Positions 46,533-57,971 are shown, numbered from the stretch's first letter. The stretch is DNA of 64,000 nt from an uncultured Candidatus Saccharibacteria bacterium (GCA_964644035.1 CAZXUH010000001.1:195712-259711), one strand, 5' to 3'. The notes: a model not told the origin generated them from the letters alone. A program made the numbers and translations.

Positions 46533-46907
46533 ATGAACATCCTTGTACGTTTTGGATTTGCAACGGCGTTTTCGGCACTACTCATGCAGACAAGTGCGTT
46601 CTCAAGCAAATTGATCTTTTGGAAGGATACTGTCGCGCATCAGACGATCTCGCTCTGTGTAGTATTTCTTGTAATAAGCGTATTGATCTACTTTGCCATC
46701 AGCAGATACGTAGATATGTACCGCCGTAGCAAGATTTTGATCCCAGTGGCGACAATCTTGCTTTGGACGGTGATTGCTATTAATGTACTCAATATCGACG
46801 TTCTAGTCGCTTTACCTAAACAAATAGTTACATATGCAGATATGTGGTATGCATTGCCAGGAGCGATTGGCGTCTATTTCATAGCCCTCTTTTTTGCAAA
46901 ACAATAA
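46533..46907 (+). CDS. Small integral membrane protein (4 TM)
   Basis: Four hydrophobic segments. Confidence 0.45.
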   Translation: MNILVRFGFATAFSALLMQTSAFSSKLIFWKDTVAHQTISLCVVFLVISVLIYFAISRYVDMYRRSKILIPVATILLWTVIAINVLNIDVLVALPKQIVTYADMWYALPGAIGVYFIALFFAKQ

Positions 46908-46908
46908 A

Positions 46909-48513
46909 ATGTCGCATTCAAAAACAGATACACAGACTTCAGCACTCGACGAACGCGCAGTGCGTTTAGCTATGCTCGATGAACTCCAGAAGCAGGGTAT
47001 TTACCCATATGCCGATCGTTTCGATCAGAAGCATCATGCTGCACAAGTTATAGAAGCTGTAGAAAAGAATACTCCTCGTTCAGCCGACGATGTCTTTGCA
47101 TCTGCTAAAAAAGAATATTCGCTGGCAGGACGTGTCATGACCGTACGTGAACACGGCAAGATTGCCTTTATGAATATTCAGGACAAGACTGGTCAGCTCC
47201 AGATCTGTCTCAAAGCCGATGTAATAGGGGATTTGTACAATTTTGCTCTCAAATATATCAATCTTGGTGACCATGTCGGAGTAATCGGCGAACCTTTTAT
47301 TACAAAGCAAGGAAAACTAGCGCTTTTGGCGGTAGAAATAAAACTTTTGTCGAAAACATTGCGACCATTGCCCGACAAATTCCACGGTCTTGAAGATTTG
47401 GAAACAAAATACCGCCAACGCTATCTTGATCTCATTGCAAACAGAGAAACATTTGAACGCTTCACACTTCGATCCAATATCGTACAAGGACTACGTGAAT
47501 ACTTGATCAAAAAGAATTTTGTCGAGATTCAAACTCGCACACTGCAAGTCCAAGCTGGTGGAGCATTGGCAAAACCATTTACCACGCATCACAATGCCCT
47601 CGATTATCCATTCAATCTTCGTATTGCCCCAGAACTCGACCTCAAGCTCGCTATAGCAGGGGGTATGGAGAGAGTATTCGAATTCGCCATCAACTTCCGC
47701 AATGAAGGCATCGATCCAAGTCATTTGCAAGAATTCCAAATGCTCGAATGGTACTGTGCATACGAAAACTACGAAGCCGGTATTGCCTGGACAGAAGAAA
47801 TGCTCAAGAAGGTTTTGACTGAAAGCACAGGAAAATCGACCTTTACGGTATATGACAAAGACGACAAGGAACACACTATCGATATTTCAAAACCTTGGAA
47901 GCGAGTAAAATTTGCCGATCTTTTGGCTACAAAAAATGTCGACATGTTTGCCGACAAAGCCACACTTCTCAAGCAAGCAAAGGATTTTGGTCTACGATCA
48001 GAAGAAATAGAAAACCGCGGCCGAGCAAATATCCTCGATGAGATTTATAAAAAAACAATTCGACCACATATCGTAGAACCTACGTTCATTACGCATTATC
48101 CAGCTGACCTTGTACCACTGGCTCGTGTCACTGACGAAGATCCGCGCATTGCTGAGAGTTATCAGCTTCTTGTCGCTGGTTGGGAAATAGTCAAAGGATA
48201 TTCCGAGCTTGTCGATCCTATTAAGCAGCGTGAAGCATTTGAACACCAGGCTGCAGCTAAGAAGGGAGGAGATGAAGAGGCAATGGAGGTCAATGAAGAA
48301 TTTCTTACAGCCATGGAACATGGCATGCCACCTATTACCGGATTTGGAATGGGAATTGAGCGTCTTGTCACACTCTTTACGGGTCAGAAAAATCTCCGCG
48401 ATGTTGTTTTGTTCCCACTCATGCGTCCTGAAGACAGTGTTTCAAAACCTGCAGCTCACAAAAAACCCACAAAGAAGTCTAGTTTCCTCAAAAAGCTTTT
48501 TAGAAAGAAGTAG
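46909..48513 (+). CDS. lysS: Lysyl-tRNA synthetase (class II)
   Basis: OB anticodon-binding domain, class II motifs 1-3; ATG 46909 right after upstream stop (alternative upstream start 46894). Confidence 0.9.
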   Translation: MSHSKTDTQTSALDERAVRLAMLDELQKQGIYPYADRFDQKHHAAQVIEAVEKNTPRSADDVFASAKKEYSLAGRVMTVREHGKIAFMNIQDKTGQLQICLKADVIGDLYNFALKYINLGDHVGVIGEPFITKQGKLALLAVEIKLLSKTLRPLPDKFHGLEDLETKYRQRYLDLIANRETFERFTLRSNIVQGLREYLIKKNFVEIQTRTLQVQAGGALAKPFTTHHNALDYPFNLRIAPELDLKLAIAGGMERVFEFAINFRNEGIDPSHLQEFQMLEWYCAYENYEAGIAWTEEMLKKVLTESTGKSTFTVYDKDDKEHTIDISKPWKRVKFADLLATKNVDMFADKATLLKQAKDFGLRSEEIENRGRANILDEIYKKTIRPHIVEPTFITHYPADLVPLARVTDEDPRIAESYQLLVAGWEIVKGYSELVDPIKQREAFEHQAAAKKGGDEEAMEVNEEFLTAMEHGMPPITGFGMGIERLVTLFTGQKNLRDVVLFPLMRPEDSVSKPAAHKKPTKKSSFLKKLFRKK

Positions 48514-48574
48514 TTCACTTATTATTTAACAAATCTAAACCTTTTCTTTAAGGTGTGTTTTCTATGCTTGTTGG

Positions 48575-49003
48575 ATGAGAAATAGCCAAAAGATATATGA
48601 TAAAAATCCACAATTCCTCACCAGACTTAAGCCAATCATTGCGCATGTAATTGGTAGCGACACTATTTACATATCCCAATTTGTAATTGCAAAAATAAAA
48701 GGAAACATACCTAGCTTAAATTACCACCCAGAGATATCAGATACTATTTTTGATAGCATTCCAGATAATATAAATAATCCTCTAAAAATACTTCGAGATA
48801 CACGGACTACATTAAAATTTATTTTTATTTGCTCAACACCTCTTCATGAAATAATTGTTGAAATAGGAAGACAGCCGTCTGGAAGAACTGAAATAAACAC
48901 GATTCATTTAATAAAGACTGATGAACTAAAACGACTGGAACGCAAGTTTCCAGTCGTCTATAGCTCTTCTGCGGAGACCCCCTTTTTCTCCGATACGTTC
49001 TGA
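48575..49003 (+). CDS. Unknown protein (AT-rich ORF)
   Basis: Long ORF, no recognisable motif. Confidence 0.4.
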   Translation: MRNSQKIYDKNPQFLTRLKPIIAHVIGSDTIYISQFVIAKIKGNIPSLNYHPEISDTIFDSIPDNINNPLKILRDTRTTLKFIFICSTPLHEIIVEIGRQPSGRTEINTIHLIKTDELKRLERKFPVVYSSSAETPFFSDTF

Positions 49004-49166
49004 CCCTTTAATAGAGGGGAGCTGGCGGGGGAATTTCCAGTCTTCAGAGGATACCAATATCATATAACAAAAATCCAAACGATCAATCACTTTTGTATTT
49101 CGTCTTCATAAATATTTTATCTGTTACTCTTGTTTTTTTGAATCACAAAGGCTATAAACAGGTAAT

Positions 49167-49658
49167 ATGAAGATTGAAGCTATTATGAACACAAGAATTC
49201 GCAAGAATATTCCTTATGTATATTACGATATGGAAAAGTACGAGGATTTGCCCGCGGGAATGATGCATGTAGGTGCTTATTGTTTTTACAGGGGAAAATT
49301 ACTTGTGGTATACCATGCTCCTAAAAAACACTGGACTCCGCCAGGTGGTGGTATTGAAGAAGGGGAAACAGTAGAAGACGCGACTATTAGAGAGATAAAA
49401 GAGGAATCAAATATGAGAGTTATTTCTCATCGACTCTTAGGGTATCAGGAAATACCCGAGCCAGATCGTATAGTTCGACAATCACGCTCTGTTTGTATTG
49501 TGGAGCCCTATGGAGATTTCGAATCAGATCCAGACGAAGATATTACTGAAATAAAATTTATTGATCCGAGCAACATAAAAGAGTATTTTGACTGGGGAAT
49601 AGTTGGCGATCACTTAATAAAGAGAGCTGTTGAAATGTCTAAAGAAATGCAACAGTAG
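49167..49658 (+). CDS. NUDIX hydrolase
   Basis: Nudix box GGGIEEGETVEDATIREIKEESN. Confidence 0.8.
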   Translation: MKIEAIMNTRIRKNIPYVYYDMEKYEDLPAGMMHVGAYCFYRGKLLVVYHAPKKHWTPPGGGIEEGETVEDATIREIKEESNMRVISHRLLGYQEIPEPDRIVRQSRSVCIVEPYGDFESDPDEDITEIKFIDPSNIKEYFDWGIVGDHLIKRAVEMSKEMQQ

Positions 49659-49873
49659 AAAATCGCATGAATAAAATCAAAATACAATTCTGCTTTCCCG
49701 AAACTTTATTTAAGAGCAAAAATAAGTTTATTGAAGCACTTGTCGATAGCATCTGAGACGATAAAAATGTAGGATTTGCTGGATTTTTAAGTAAGTCATT
49801 CTTAAGAAAGAATCTTTCGGATTTTTATAAACAAAATACCTTTACATCCTACAAACCAGAACTAAAGCAAAAG

Positions 49874-50476
49874 GTGAAGGGTGAAATTGAGAAAAGTATC
49901 AAGCAAGCACTGAATAGGTGTCTTTCACAATTATCAATTCCATCAATTAATATCTATGTTTTTCCTTGGTTAAATGAAAATTTTAATAAAGCCTTTAAGG
50001 GTGTGACTGGATTTGCTTCATACAAAAACACTGTTCATGTTTTCATTTCAATTAATAAGTTCTCACATCGATCATTAAGGGAAACTATTACTCATGAATT
50101 TAGCCATGCTGCTTTTTTAAATAAAAGTAAGACTGTAAATAAACTTTCTATACTCGATATACTTATATTTGAAGGCTTAGCCGAGCAATTTCGAGAAGAA
50201 GTAATGAAAGGGAAACCAGCAGCATGGTCAACAGCTTTAAGTAATAAAGAATGTCACTCTACACTCGAATTAATCAAATCTGCTCTTACATCAACTAAGT
50301 TTGGTACCTACAATGACATCTTTTTTGGTAGTAAAAAGTATAAAAAATGGACTGGATACTCTATTGGTTATCAAATAGTTAAGTCGTTTAGAAAAGCCTA
50401 TCCAAAAAAGAGCTGGGCAGAGATTATGGAAATGAAACCAGAAAGTATTTATTCACTTGCGCCATTTACCCATTAA
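49874..50476 (+). CDS. Putative zinc-metallopeptidase-like protein (HExxH: [10 protein letters not shown])
   Basis: HEFSH motif; paralogue-like to 52871 ORF. Confidence 0.45.
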   Translation: MKGEIEKSIKQALNRCLSQLSIPSINIYVFPWLNENFNKAFKGVTGFASYKNTVHVFISINKFSHRSLRETITHEFSHAAFLNKSKTVNKLSILDILIFEGLAEQFREEVMKGKPAAWSTALSNKECHSTLELIKSALTSTKFGTYNDIFFGSKKYKKWTGYSIGYQIVKSFRKAYPKKSWAEIMEMKPESIYSLAPFTH

Positions 50477-50517
50477 TAGTTCCCTTATTGGCTGGTCTGG
50501 TTTATAATGCAACCCTA

Positions 50518-51552
50518 ATGAAAAAGGCCCTTATTACAGGTATTACCGGCCAAGATGGCTCATATTTGACCGAATTTCTGCTCGACAAAGGCTATGAAGT
50601 ACACGGTATCATCCGCCGATCGAGCTCTTTCAATACAGAACGTATTGATCATCTCTACAAAGACCCCCACGGAAAGGGAATCAACCTCAAACTCCACTAC
50701 GGAGACCTCGCTGATAGCAGCAACCTCAACCGTATCTTAGAAAAGATTAAACCCGATGAGATTTATCATTTGGGTGCACAGAGTCATGTTCGAGTGAGCT
50801 TTGATTTGCCTGAATATACAGGAGACATTACAGGTCTAGGCACGACTCGTATTCTCGATGCTATTCGTGACACCGGTATTAAGACAAAATTCTATCAAGC
50901 ATCATCGAGCGAAATGTTTGGCAAAGCAGTGGAGATTCCTATCAAAGAAACAACGCCTTTTTATCCACGCTCACCTTATGGTTGCGCAAAAGTATATTCT
51001 TTTTGGATTACTAAAAACTATCGTGAGAGTTACAACCTCTTTGCCTGCAACGGTATTCTTTTCAATCACGAATCTCCGCGCAGAGGTCAGACGTTTGTAA
51101 CTCGCAAAATCACCAAAGGCCTCGCACGTATCAAACTCGGCAAACAAGACAAACTTCACCTGGGAAATCTCGATGCAAAACGCGACTGGGGATATGCCAA
51201 AGATTATGTAGAAGCTATGTGGCTTATGCTTCAGCAGAAAAAAGCCGACGATTATATTATTGCAACCAATGAAACCTACAGCGTCAGAGACTTCTGCAAT
51301 ATCGCCGCAAAAGAGCTTGGTATGAAGCTCGTCTGGAAGGGCAAAGGCCTCAAGGAGAAGGGAATAGACGCCAATACAGGCAAAACAATCATTGAAATAG
51401 ACCCTCGCTACTACCGACCAGCTGAAGTTGATATACTATTGGGAGATTATTCAAAAGCTAAGAAACATTTGGGTTGGAAACCAAAGGTCAAATTCAAGGA
51501 ACTTATTAAATTAATGCTCGAAGCAGATTTAAAACATGAACAAAAACAGTAA
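50518..51552 (+). CDS. gmd: GDP-mannose 4,6-dehydratase
   Basis: [47 protein letters not shown]. Confidence 0.9.
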   Translation: MKKALITGITGQDGSYLTEFLLDKGYEVHGIIRRSSSFNTERIDHLYKDPHGKGINLKLHYGDLADSSNLNRILEKIKPDEIYHLGAQSHVRVSFDLPEYTGDITGLGTTRILDAIRDTGIKTKFYQASSSEMFGKAVEIPIKETTPFYPRSPYGCAKVYSFWITKNYRESYNLFACNGILFNHESPRRGQTFVTRKITKGLARIKLGKQDKLHLGNLDAKRDWGYAKDYVEAMWLMLQQKKADDYIIATNETYSVRDFCNIAAKELGMKLVWKGKGLKEKGIDANTGKTIIEIDPRYYRPAEVDILLGDYSKAKKHLGWKPKVKFKELIKLMLEADLKHEQKQ

Positions 51553-52474
51553 AATTTATATCTCTGGTCACAATGGCCTCGTCGGCAGCGCACTAGTGCG
51601 TGAGCTCAAAAGTCAGGGTTATACAAATATCGTTACAAAAAACAAAGAAGAATTGGATCTACTCAATCCTACTGCTGTTTCTGATTTTTTTAAAAATGAA
51701 AAGATTGAATACGTATTCAATGCTGCTGCCAAAGTCGGCGGTATCATTGCCAACAAAACCTATCCTGCAGACTTTATCTATCAAAACCTCACTATTCAGA
51801 ACAATATTATTCACAATGCCTATACCAATGGCATTAAGAAGCTCCTATTCCTCGGTAGTTCATGCATTTATCCAAAAATGGCCACACAGCCTATTACGGA
51901 AGATGCGCTGCTCTCAGGCCCTCTAGAGCCTACCAACAAGGCCTATGCCGTCGCCAAGATCGCCGGTATCACCATGTGCCAAAGCTACAATGAACAGTAC
52001 GGCACCGATTTTGTCTCTGTTATGCCTACCAATCTGTACGGTATCAATGACAACTTCAATCTTCAGAACTCTCACGTTCTTCCAGCTCTTATCAGAAAAT
52101 TTCATGAAGCAAAAGAAAAGAATGCTCCAGAAGTCAGTGCATGGGGTACTGGTTCAGCAAAGAGAGAATTCCTACATGTCGATGACTTGGCCAAAGCCTG
52201 CGTCTTTCTCATGAACAATTATTCTGGTTCAGAAATCATCAATATCGGCACAGGTGAAGATGTAACAATCAAAGAGCTTACAGAAACGGTCAGCAAAGTT
52301 GTCGGTTTCAAAGGCAAGATTGCTTGGGATACGAGCAAGCCCGATGGTACACCTCGCAAACTTCTCGATGTAAGTAAAATCAAAAAACTCGGGTGGTCTC
52401 CTACAATCGGTCTCGAAGAGGGTATTAGATCGGTCTACGAATGGTACAAGGTGACGGACAATAAGAAGATGTAA
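51536..52474 (+). CDS. fcl: GDP-L-fucose synthase (GDP-4-keto-6-deoxymannose epimerase/reductase)
   Basis: [18 protein letters not shown].. SDR-extended fold; overlaps gmd end. Confidence 0.9.
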   Translation: MNKNSKIYISGHNGLVGSALVRELKSQGYTNIVTKNKEELDLLNPTAVSDFFKNEKIEYVFNAAAKVGGIIANKTYPADFIYQNLTIQNNIIHNAYTNGIKKLLFLGSSCIYPKMATQPITEDALLSGPLEPTNKAYAVAKIAGITMCQSYNEQYGTDFVSVMPTNLYGINDNFNLQNSHVLPALIRKFHEAKEKNAPEVSAWGTGSAKREFLHVDDLAKACVFLMNNYSGSEIINIGTGEDVTIKELTETVSKVVGFKGKIAWDTSKPDGTPRKLLDVSKIKKLGWSPTIGLEEGIRSVYEWYKVTDNKKM

Positions 52475-52518
52475 TTTCGCAAATAAAAAAGGCTGCATCC
52501 TGAGGTACAGCCCTTTGT

Positions 52519-52767
52519 TCATTGAACCCACATACGAATGTCGTTGATCTCTGCACTTAGAGACGCGACATTTCTCTCGATCGTCTGTAGGTACTTCTCG
52601 GGTACTTCTTCTCCTTTCTGTTTCTGCTCCTTGAGTTTCTGTACTAGAACCCGTGCCGCTGATTCGCGTTCGCACGACTCGTACTCTACGAGCGCTCGTA
52701 GATATGATACGGATTGTGTTTCCAGCTCATCGGGCGGACTTTTCGTAGGGCGTTGCCAGTTGATCAT
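52519..52767 (-). CDS. Small coiled-coil protein (82 aa), unknown function
   Basis: ATG 52767 with SD GAAAGGAG 5 nt upstream (minus strand); GC-richer than flanks by eye; shares bidirectional hairpin 52486-52517 with fcl. Confidence 0.35.
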   Translation of the reverse strand: MINWQRPTKSPPDELETQSVSYLRALVEYESCERESAARVLVQKLKEQKQKGEEVPEKYLQTIERNVASLSAEINDIRMWVQ

Positions 52768-52870
52768 AACACTCCTTTCACCCAAGCAACGTCCCCGATA
52801 CAGCCTAGTATAATTCTAACCCCTCCACATTAGTTTGCAATAATACTATCTATGATATTCTCCTGTATGT

Positions 52871-53395
52871 ATGGATTTTAAGTATTCACCACAACTCAAT
52901 AATGCCCTTGGAGGCACATGGACAAAAGCTTTTAACAAGAATAAAGAGTCTACGGAAACACGCTGGGAAAAAGAGGGTGGAAAGATTATCAAAACTCTTG
53001 AATCTGTACTTGGTTTAAAGTTACCTAAAAAACTTACAGTATACGTTAATACAGAAGCTTCATTTTCTGAACCATTAGCTATTAAAATTGAAAAAGATAT
53101 TGACGACAATATTGACAATCTCACACATGAACTCATTCATGTTATTTTGACTCACAACTTCAAAAAAATTGAGAAGAAGTGGATTACATTAATGCAAAAA
53201 TACGAGAAAGAAAAACCTCTCACTCGCCGACATATTCCGATTCACGCAATTCACCTGAAGGTAGCAGGGCAACTTGGATTCGGAAAAGACCGCATCGATC
53301 GCATCAAAACATATTCAAAAAACCCTGCATATCTTCAATCGTGGAAGATTGTTAATAAAGAGAGTGCAGATAGAATCATTCAACTACTAGTTTGA
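52871..53395 (+). CDS. Putative zinc-metallopeptidase-like protein (HExxH: LTHELIHVIL)
   Basis: TATAAT at 52811-52816; motif layout similar to 49874 ORF. Confidence 0.45.
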   Translation: MDFKYSPQLNNALGGTWTKAFNKNKESTETRWEKEGGKIIKTLESVLGLKLPKKLTVYVNTEASFSEPLAIKIEKDIDDNIDNLTHELIHVILTHNFKKIEKKWITLMQKYEKEKPLTRRHIPIHAIHLKVAGQLGFGKDRIDRIKTYSKNPAYLQSWKIVNKESADRIIQLLV

Positions 53396-53414
53396 TATAA
53401 TCTAAGTTAACTAC

Positions 53415-54326
53415 ATGAACTGGTTTTTTATTGCCCTAATTGGTCCGATACTGTACGCACTGGCGAATCATACAGATAAATATCTTATCTCTAAATATCT
53501 TAAGAATGGGGCAGTTGGCTCACTGGTAATATTTTCATCGATTTTCAGTATTTTCGCCTTGCCAGTGGTGATGTATATCGAACCCAATGTCTTTGATGTA
53601 AACATTGCGCTAGCAATCATCCTAGCGATCAATGGAGCATTGGTTGTTATCAGCATTGTTTTATATTTTTACGCCCTGCAAGTAGATGAGGTTTCATTTG
53701 TTGTACCTTTTTACCAAACCATACCTATTTTTGGATTTATACTTGGATATTTTATTCTTGGAGAAACTCTAAACTTCAATCAAGGACTAGCTTCACTAAT
53801 AATTTTAGTTGGGGCACTGATACTGTCGTTCGAAGTAGGGTTGGGGAAGATACGATTTAAGAAAAAGGTGGTTTTGCTAATGCTGACTGCTTCTTTGTTC
53901 TACGCAATAAATGGAGTGGTGTTTAAACTGATAGCGATTGATGACGGCTTTTGGCCTTCTACATTTTGGTCTTTGGTGGGCAAAGTAATTCTTGGTTTTG
54001 CATTTTTAGCCTTCATTCCTTCATACAGAAAACAGTTTTTTGAGGTCTTAAAAGCAAACAAGGCTAGCATTCTTGCAATCAACTCATTCAATGAAACTGC
54101 TGTTATCGTTGCTGATGGGGTAACACAGTTTGCCAGCCTCTTAGCTCCAGTAGCACTCGTACTGCTAGTCAATGCCTTTCAACCTGCATTTGTCTTTATT
54201 ATTGGCCTTATTTTGACTATTTTCCTTCCTAAAATAGCCGAGGAATCTCTCAATAGAACGAATTTAATCCAGAAAATCTTAGGGATTGGGATCATCATAC
54301 TTGGCACCTATTTACTAGCGGTTTAA
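53415..54326 (+). CDS. EamA/DMT-superfamily transporter (10 TM)
   Basis: Two tandem 5-TM halves. Confidence 0.7.
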   Translation: MNWFFIALIGPILYALANHTDKYLISKYLKNGAVGSLVIFSSIFSIFALPVVMYIEPNVFDVNIALAIILAINGALVVISIVLYFYALQVDEVSFVVPFYQTIPIFGFILGYFILGETLNFNQGLASLIILVGALILSFEVGLGKIRFKKKVVLLMLTASLFYAINGVVFKLIAIDDGFWPSTFWSLVGKVILGFAFLAFIPSYRKQFFEVLKANKASILAINSFNETAVIVADGVTQFASLLAPVALVLLVNAFQPAFVFIIGLILTIFLPKIAEESLNRTNLIQKILGIGIIILGTYLLAV

Positions 54327-54384
54327 AACTACCCTTGCCGAATTAAAGGGAATAATGTATAATCAAGAACACAATACTTAATAT

Positions 54385-54774
54385 ATGTCAAAAGTAGCCC
54401 CATTCGGTTATCTGCTTACCCTCGACCTCTACGGCTGCAAAGAAGGTGCCTGCGATGATCTTTCACTTTGCTACAAATTTCTCGAAGACCTAGTGCAACA
54501 GCTCAATATGAGCAAACAGTCTCCTCCTTTTATTTTTAAAAGTGATGAAATTAAATATCCAGACAAAGCTGGTCTAAGCGGATGGGTGCCACTTATTGAA
54601 AGCGGTATACAGATCCACACCCTCACTCCAAAAAACTTCATCTCTATAGATATTTATTCTTGCAAGAAATTCATTACAGATCATATTAAAGAATATGCTC
54701 AGAACTACTTCGATTGCAAAGAAGTAGAGATGAATTTTATAGAAAGGGGAGTGAAGTACAACGAAATTCAGTAG
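54385..54774 (+). CDS. speH: S-adenosylmethionine decarboxylase proenzyme, SpeH class (pyruvoyl)
   Basis: GYLLTLDLYGC, ..LSGWVPLIESGIQIHTLTP (cleavage E-S), ISIDIYSC parallel to SpeH motifs. Confidence 0.6.
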   Translation: MSKVAPFGYLLTLDLYGCKEGACDDLSLCYKFLEDLVQQLNMSKQSPPFIFKSDEIKYPDKAGLSGWVPLIESGIQIHTLTPKNFISIDIYSCKKFITDHIKEYAQNYFDCKEVEMNFIERGVKYNEIQ

Positions 54775-54915
54775 AAACTACTCCTCAATCTCAACAACAC
54801 TGTAATCTCTCTTAACCACTGTATTGTAGAAAACCAAAGAAATGGACGCTATACCGAACAGAATCAGAACGACGAGCGAAATATTGACCACTTTTTTCAT
54901 TAGAGAAATTATATC

Positions 54916-56229
54916 ATGAGAATTCTTTTTATCTCATCAAGCAATGTAATTGCTGCCAACTTAGCTATGCTCATGAAGGACGAAGGTCATGAAGTAAAGC
55001 TTTTTATTGATGACGAAGACAGAAAAGAAAATTTTGAAAATCTTGTCGACAAAACAGAGGATTGGAGAAAGGAACTTAAGTGGGTAGGGAAGGGTAAGGA
55101 CAGTCTTATCGTTTTTGATGATATAGGCTATGGAAAAATTCAAGACCAGCTTAGAAAAGATGGCTATTCTGTATTCGGTGGCTCAGAAATGGCTGACAAA
55201 CTTGAAGAGGATAGACAATACGCTCAAGAAATCTTTGCTCAGCATGGAATCAAAACAGTTCCAATTAAAAATTTTCAAGATATTCCAAGCACAATCAGTT
55301 TTATCAAGAAAAATAGAGGGGCTTGGGTTATCAAGCAAAACGGTGCAGCATCAAAAAGCCTAAACTATGTTGGAAACTTTGATGATAATCGTGACGTTCT
55401 AAATGTCCTTGAAAATTATCAAACAAACCTCAAAGGCCAGATGCGCACTATCACCCTTCAACAGAAGATAAAGGGTGTTGAGATAGGTGTGGCTCGATAT
55501 TTCAACGGTACCGACTGGGTTGGACCTATTGAAATGAATGTTGAGCACAAGAAATTCTTTCCAGGAGATATGGGACCGGCAACAAGCGAAATGGGTACTC
55601 TAGCTTGGTATGACGACAATGAAAAAAATCCACTATTTTTAGAAACTTTAGCTAAACTTAAACCGTATCTACAAAAAATAAATTATCGTGGTGATATTGA
55701 TATAAATTGTATTGTTAATGAAACAGGGGCATATCCACTCGAAGCAACACCAAGATTTGGATCACCTATAATCTATCTTCAATCTGAAATTCATAAATCT
55801 CCGTGGGCTGAATTTCTAAAGGCAATTGCTGACGGCAAACAATATAATCTAAAGTGGAAAAGAGGATATGGAGTAGTGGTACTGGTCACTGTTCCTCCTT
55901 TCCCTTATACGAAAAAGCTTAGAGAGATGTCTCCGAAGGGAATGCATGTGCATTTTGATCCTATTTTGAAACAAAAACACTTTAATCACATTCACCTAGA
56001 GGGCGTAGCAATGAAAAAAGTAGGGAATCAGGAACAATATTATATTTCTGATTACCAAGGTTATATTTTATACGTTACTGCTGTAGATAAGACTGTTAAA
56101 TTTGCTCGAAACAAAATTGATAAGCTCATACGACACATCTACATTCCAAAAATGTTCTACAGACATGATATCGGTACTGGGTTTATAGAAAACACATACG
56201 ATAAGCTACGCTGGTGGGGATACATGTAA
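54916..56229 (+). CDS. PurD-like ATP-grasp ligase (phosphoribosylamine--glycine ligase family)
   Basis: GS..K...R; VIKQNGAASKS (cf VIKADGLAAGKGV); EHKKFFPGDMGPATSEMGT (cf DHKR.GDGD.GPNTGGMGA); RFGSPI (cf RFGDPE). Confidence 0.55.
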   Translation: MRILFISSSNVIAANLAMLMKDEGHEVKLFIDDEDRKENFENLVDKTEDWRKELKWVGKGKDSLIVFDDIGYGKIQDQLRKDGYSVFGGSEMADKLEEDRQYAQEIFAQHGIKTVPIKNFQDIPSTISFIKKNRGAWVIKQNGAASKSLNYVGNFDDNRDVLNVLENYQTNLKGQMRTITLQQKIKGVEIGVARYFNGTDWVGPIEMNVEHKKFFPGDMGPATSEMGTLAWYDDNEKNPLFLETLAKLKPYLQKINYRGDIDINCIVNETGAYPLEATPRFGSPIIYLQSEIHKSPWAEFLKAIADGKQYNLKWKRGYGVVVLVTVPPFPYTKKLREMSPKGMHVHFDPILKQKHFNHIHLEGVAMKKVGNQEQYYISDYQGYILYVTAVDKTVKFARNKIDKLIRHIYIPKMFYRHDIGTGFIENTYDKLRWWGYM

Positions 56230-56261
56230 TATTTTTTCTTTAGGTAGGTTATAATCAGTCC

Positions 56262-57971
56262 ATGAACCCAATGTTTTGTTCGGACTCAATTCCTAGTTTT
56301 CTAGGTTTTTTTGATATATCGATAGCCCCTCATTTACTTTTTTATACATATATTCCGACAATTGTTATCTCCTTATTCCTAGGTTTTTTTGTGTATTATA
56401 AAGACAACAAATCACTTCTTAGTAAGTTACTTTTTGGAATCTGCGCCTTCTTTACCTTATGGGTTCTAGATATTTTGATACTTTGGATTGCTGCCTATAA
56501 CGACGCAGTTATGTTTGGTTGGCAAATTACACCTATATTGGAAATTCCAATCTTTATTTTTGCTATCTATTTTACGCATGTAATTACTTCTAAGGATAGA
56601 GAGGATATCTCACCAAAATTGAAGCTTATACTTATCGCTATAATGTTTGCTGTTTTCACAGCACTACCAAGCTATTTCAACATTACTCACTACAACACCA
56701 CCAACTGCGAAGGAATACCAGGGCATTTTTGGGATTATATGTATATTGGTGAACTATTTGTAATCGCGTGGATAGCTGGGATATGTATCGGCAGATACAG
56801 AAAAGTGCCAAAGACCAACTCGTTTAGAAAACAAATTATATACGTAGGTATCGGTATTGTTTCTTTCACCATGTTGTTTGTCGGTTCAAATATTGCGGGA
56901 CAGATAACTGGGATTCAGGAAATTAGCTTTATTGGATCTTTGGGAATGGTGATATTCCTTGCATTTCTTGCATATCTTATCGTCCGCTATAGGACATTTA
57001 ATATAAAGTTGATTGCTACTCAAGCTCTTACGTTTGTCTCTGGAGCACTTATTGCATCTCAGTTCTTCTTTATCCAAAATCCCATCAACCACGTTCTCAA
57101 TTCGATTACACTGCTTATATTTATCATTGTAGGTATTTTCCTCGTCCGCAGTGTGAAGCGTGAAGTAGAACAAAGAGAAGAAATCGAAAAATTGGCAAGT
57201 AAACTCCAAGACGCAAACCAACACCTCGAAGATCTCAATGCCCAGAAGACTCAGTTCATTTCGTTGGCAACCCATCAAATCAGAGCTCCATTGGCAGCAA
57301 TCAAAGGCTACGGATCTCTTATTATGGAAGGTGACTATGGACCAGTTTCAGATGAAATCAAAGAGGCAGTACAAACAATGTATCTCTCAGCACACAGCCT
57401 CGTCGGTGTTGTAGGAGACTATCTCGACATATCAAGACTCGAACTCGGTAAAATGAAATACGATCTAGCAAAAGTTGAACTACGTTCAGTGATAGATCAA
57501 ATCGTCAAAGAACTCCAACCAAACCTTTCTGGCAAAGAATTGCAACTTGTTCTCGATAAGAATATTACCAACGATTCATTTGACGCAATACTCGATCTTG
57601 GTAAGGCAAAGCAAATCATTGGCAACCTTATCGACAATGCCATCAAATATACTGAAAGAGGTACGATCACTGTTGGAATCGAAAAAACATCAGCTGGAAA
57701 AATCAAAATTGCTATCAAAGATACTGGTGTCGGTATCAGTCCTGAAACAATGCCAAAACTCTTCAAGCGTTTCAGTAGGGCAGATGATGCACAGAATGTG
57801 AATACACTTGGTACTGGTCTCGGACTCTTCATCGTCAAGCAAATGACAGAAGCACAAAATGGAAAGGTCTGGGCTGAATCAGAAGGCAAAGGCAAAGGTT
57901 CGCAATTCTATATCGAATTTCCAACAGATAACAAGCCTGGTAGTGTCACACAAGAAGCGATTGGGGAGTAG
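56262..57971 (+). CDS. Sensor histidine kinase (multi-TM sensor plus HisKA/HATPase_c); no adjacent response regulator
   Basis: H-box ATHQIRAPLAAIKGY, N/G boxes ..DNAIKYT.. GTGLGLFIVKQM. Confidence 0.8.
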   Translation: MNPMFCSDSIPSFLGFFDISIAPHLLFYTYIPTIVISLFLGFFVYYKDNKSLLSKLLFGICAFFTLWVLDILILWIAAYNDAVMFGWQITPILEIPIFIFAIYFTHVITSKDREDISPKLKLILIAIMFAVFTALPSYFNITHYNTTNCEGIPGHFWDYMYIGELFVIAWIAGICIGRYRKVPKTNSFRKQIIYVGIGIVSFTMLFVGSNIAGQITGIQEISFIGSLGMVIFLAFLAYLIVRYRTFNIKLIATQALTFVSGALIASQFFFIQNPINHVLNSITLLIFIIVGIFLVRSVKREVEQREEIEKLASKLQDANQHLEDLNAQKTQFISLATHQIRAPLAAIKGYGSLIMEGDYGPVSDEIKEAVQTMYLSAHSLVGVVGDYLDISRLELGKMKYDLAKVELRSVIDQIVKELQPNLSGKELQLVLDKNITNDSFDAILDLGKAKQIIGNLIDNAIKYTERGTITVGIEKTSAGKIKIAIKDTGVGISPETMPKLFKRFSRADDAQNVNTLGTGLGLFIVKQMTEAQNGKVWAESEGKGKGSQFYIEFPTDNKPGSVTQEAIGE

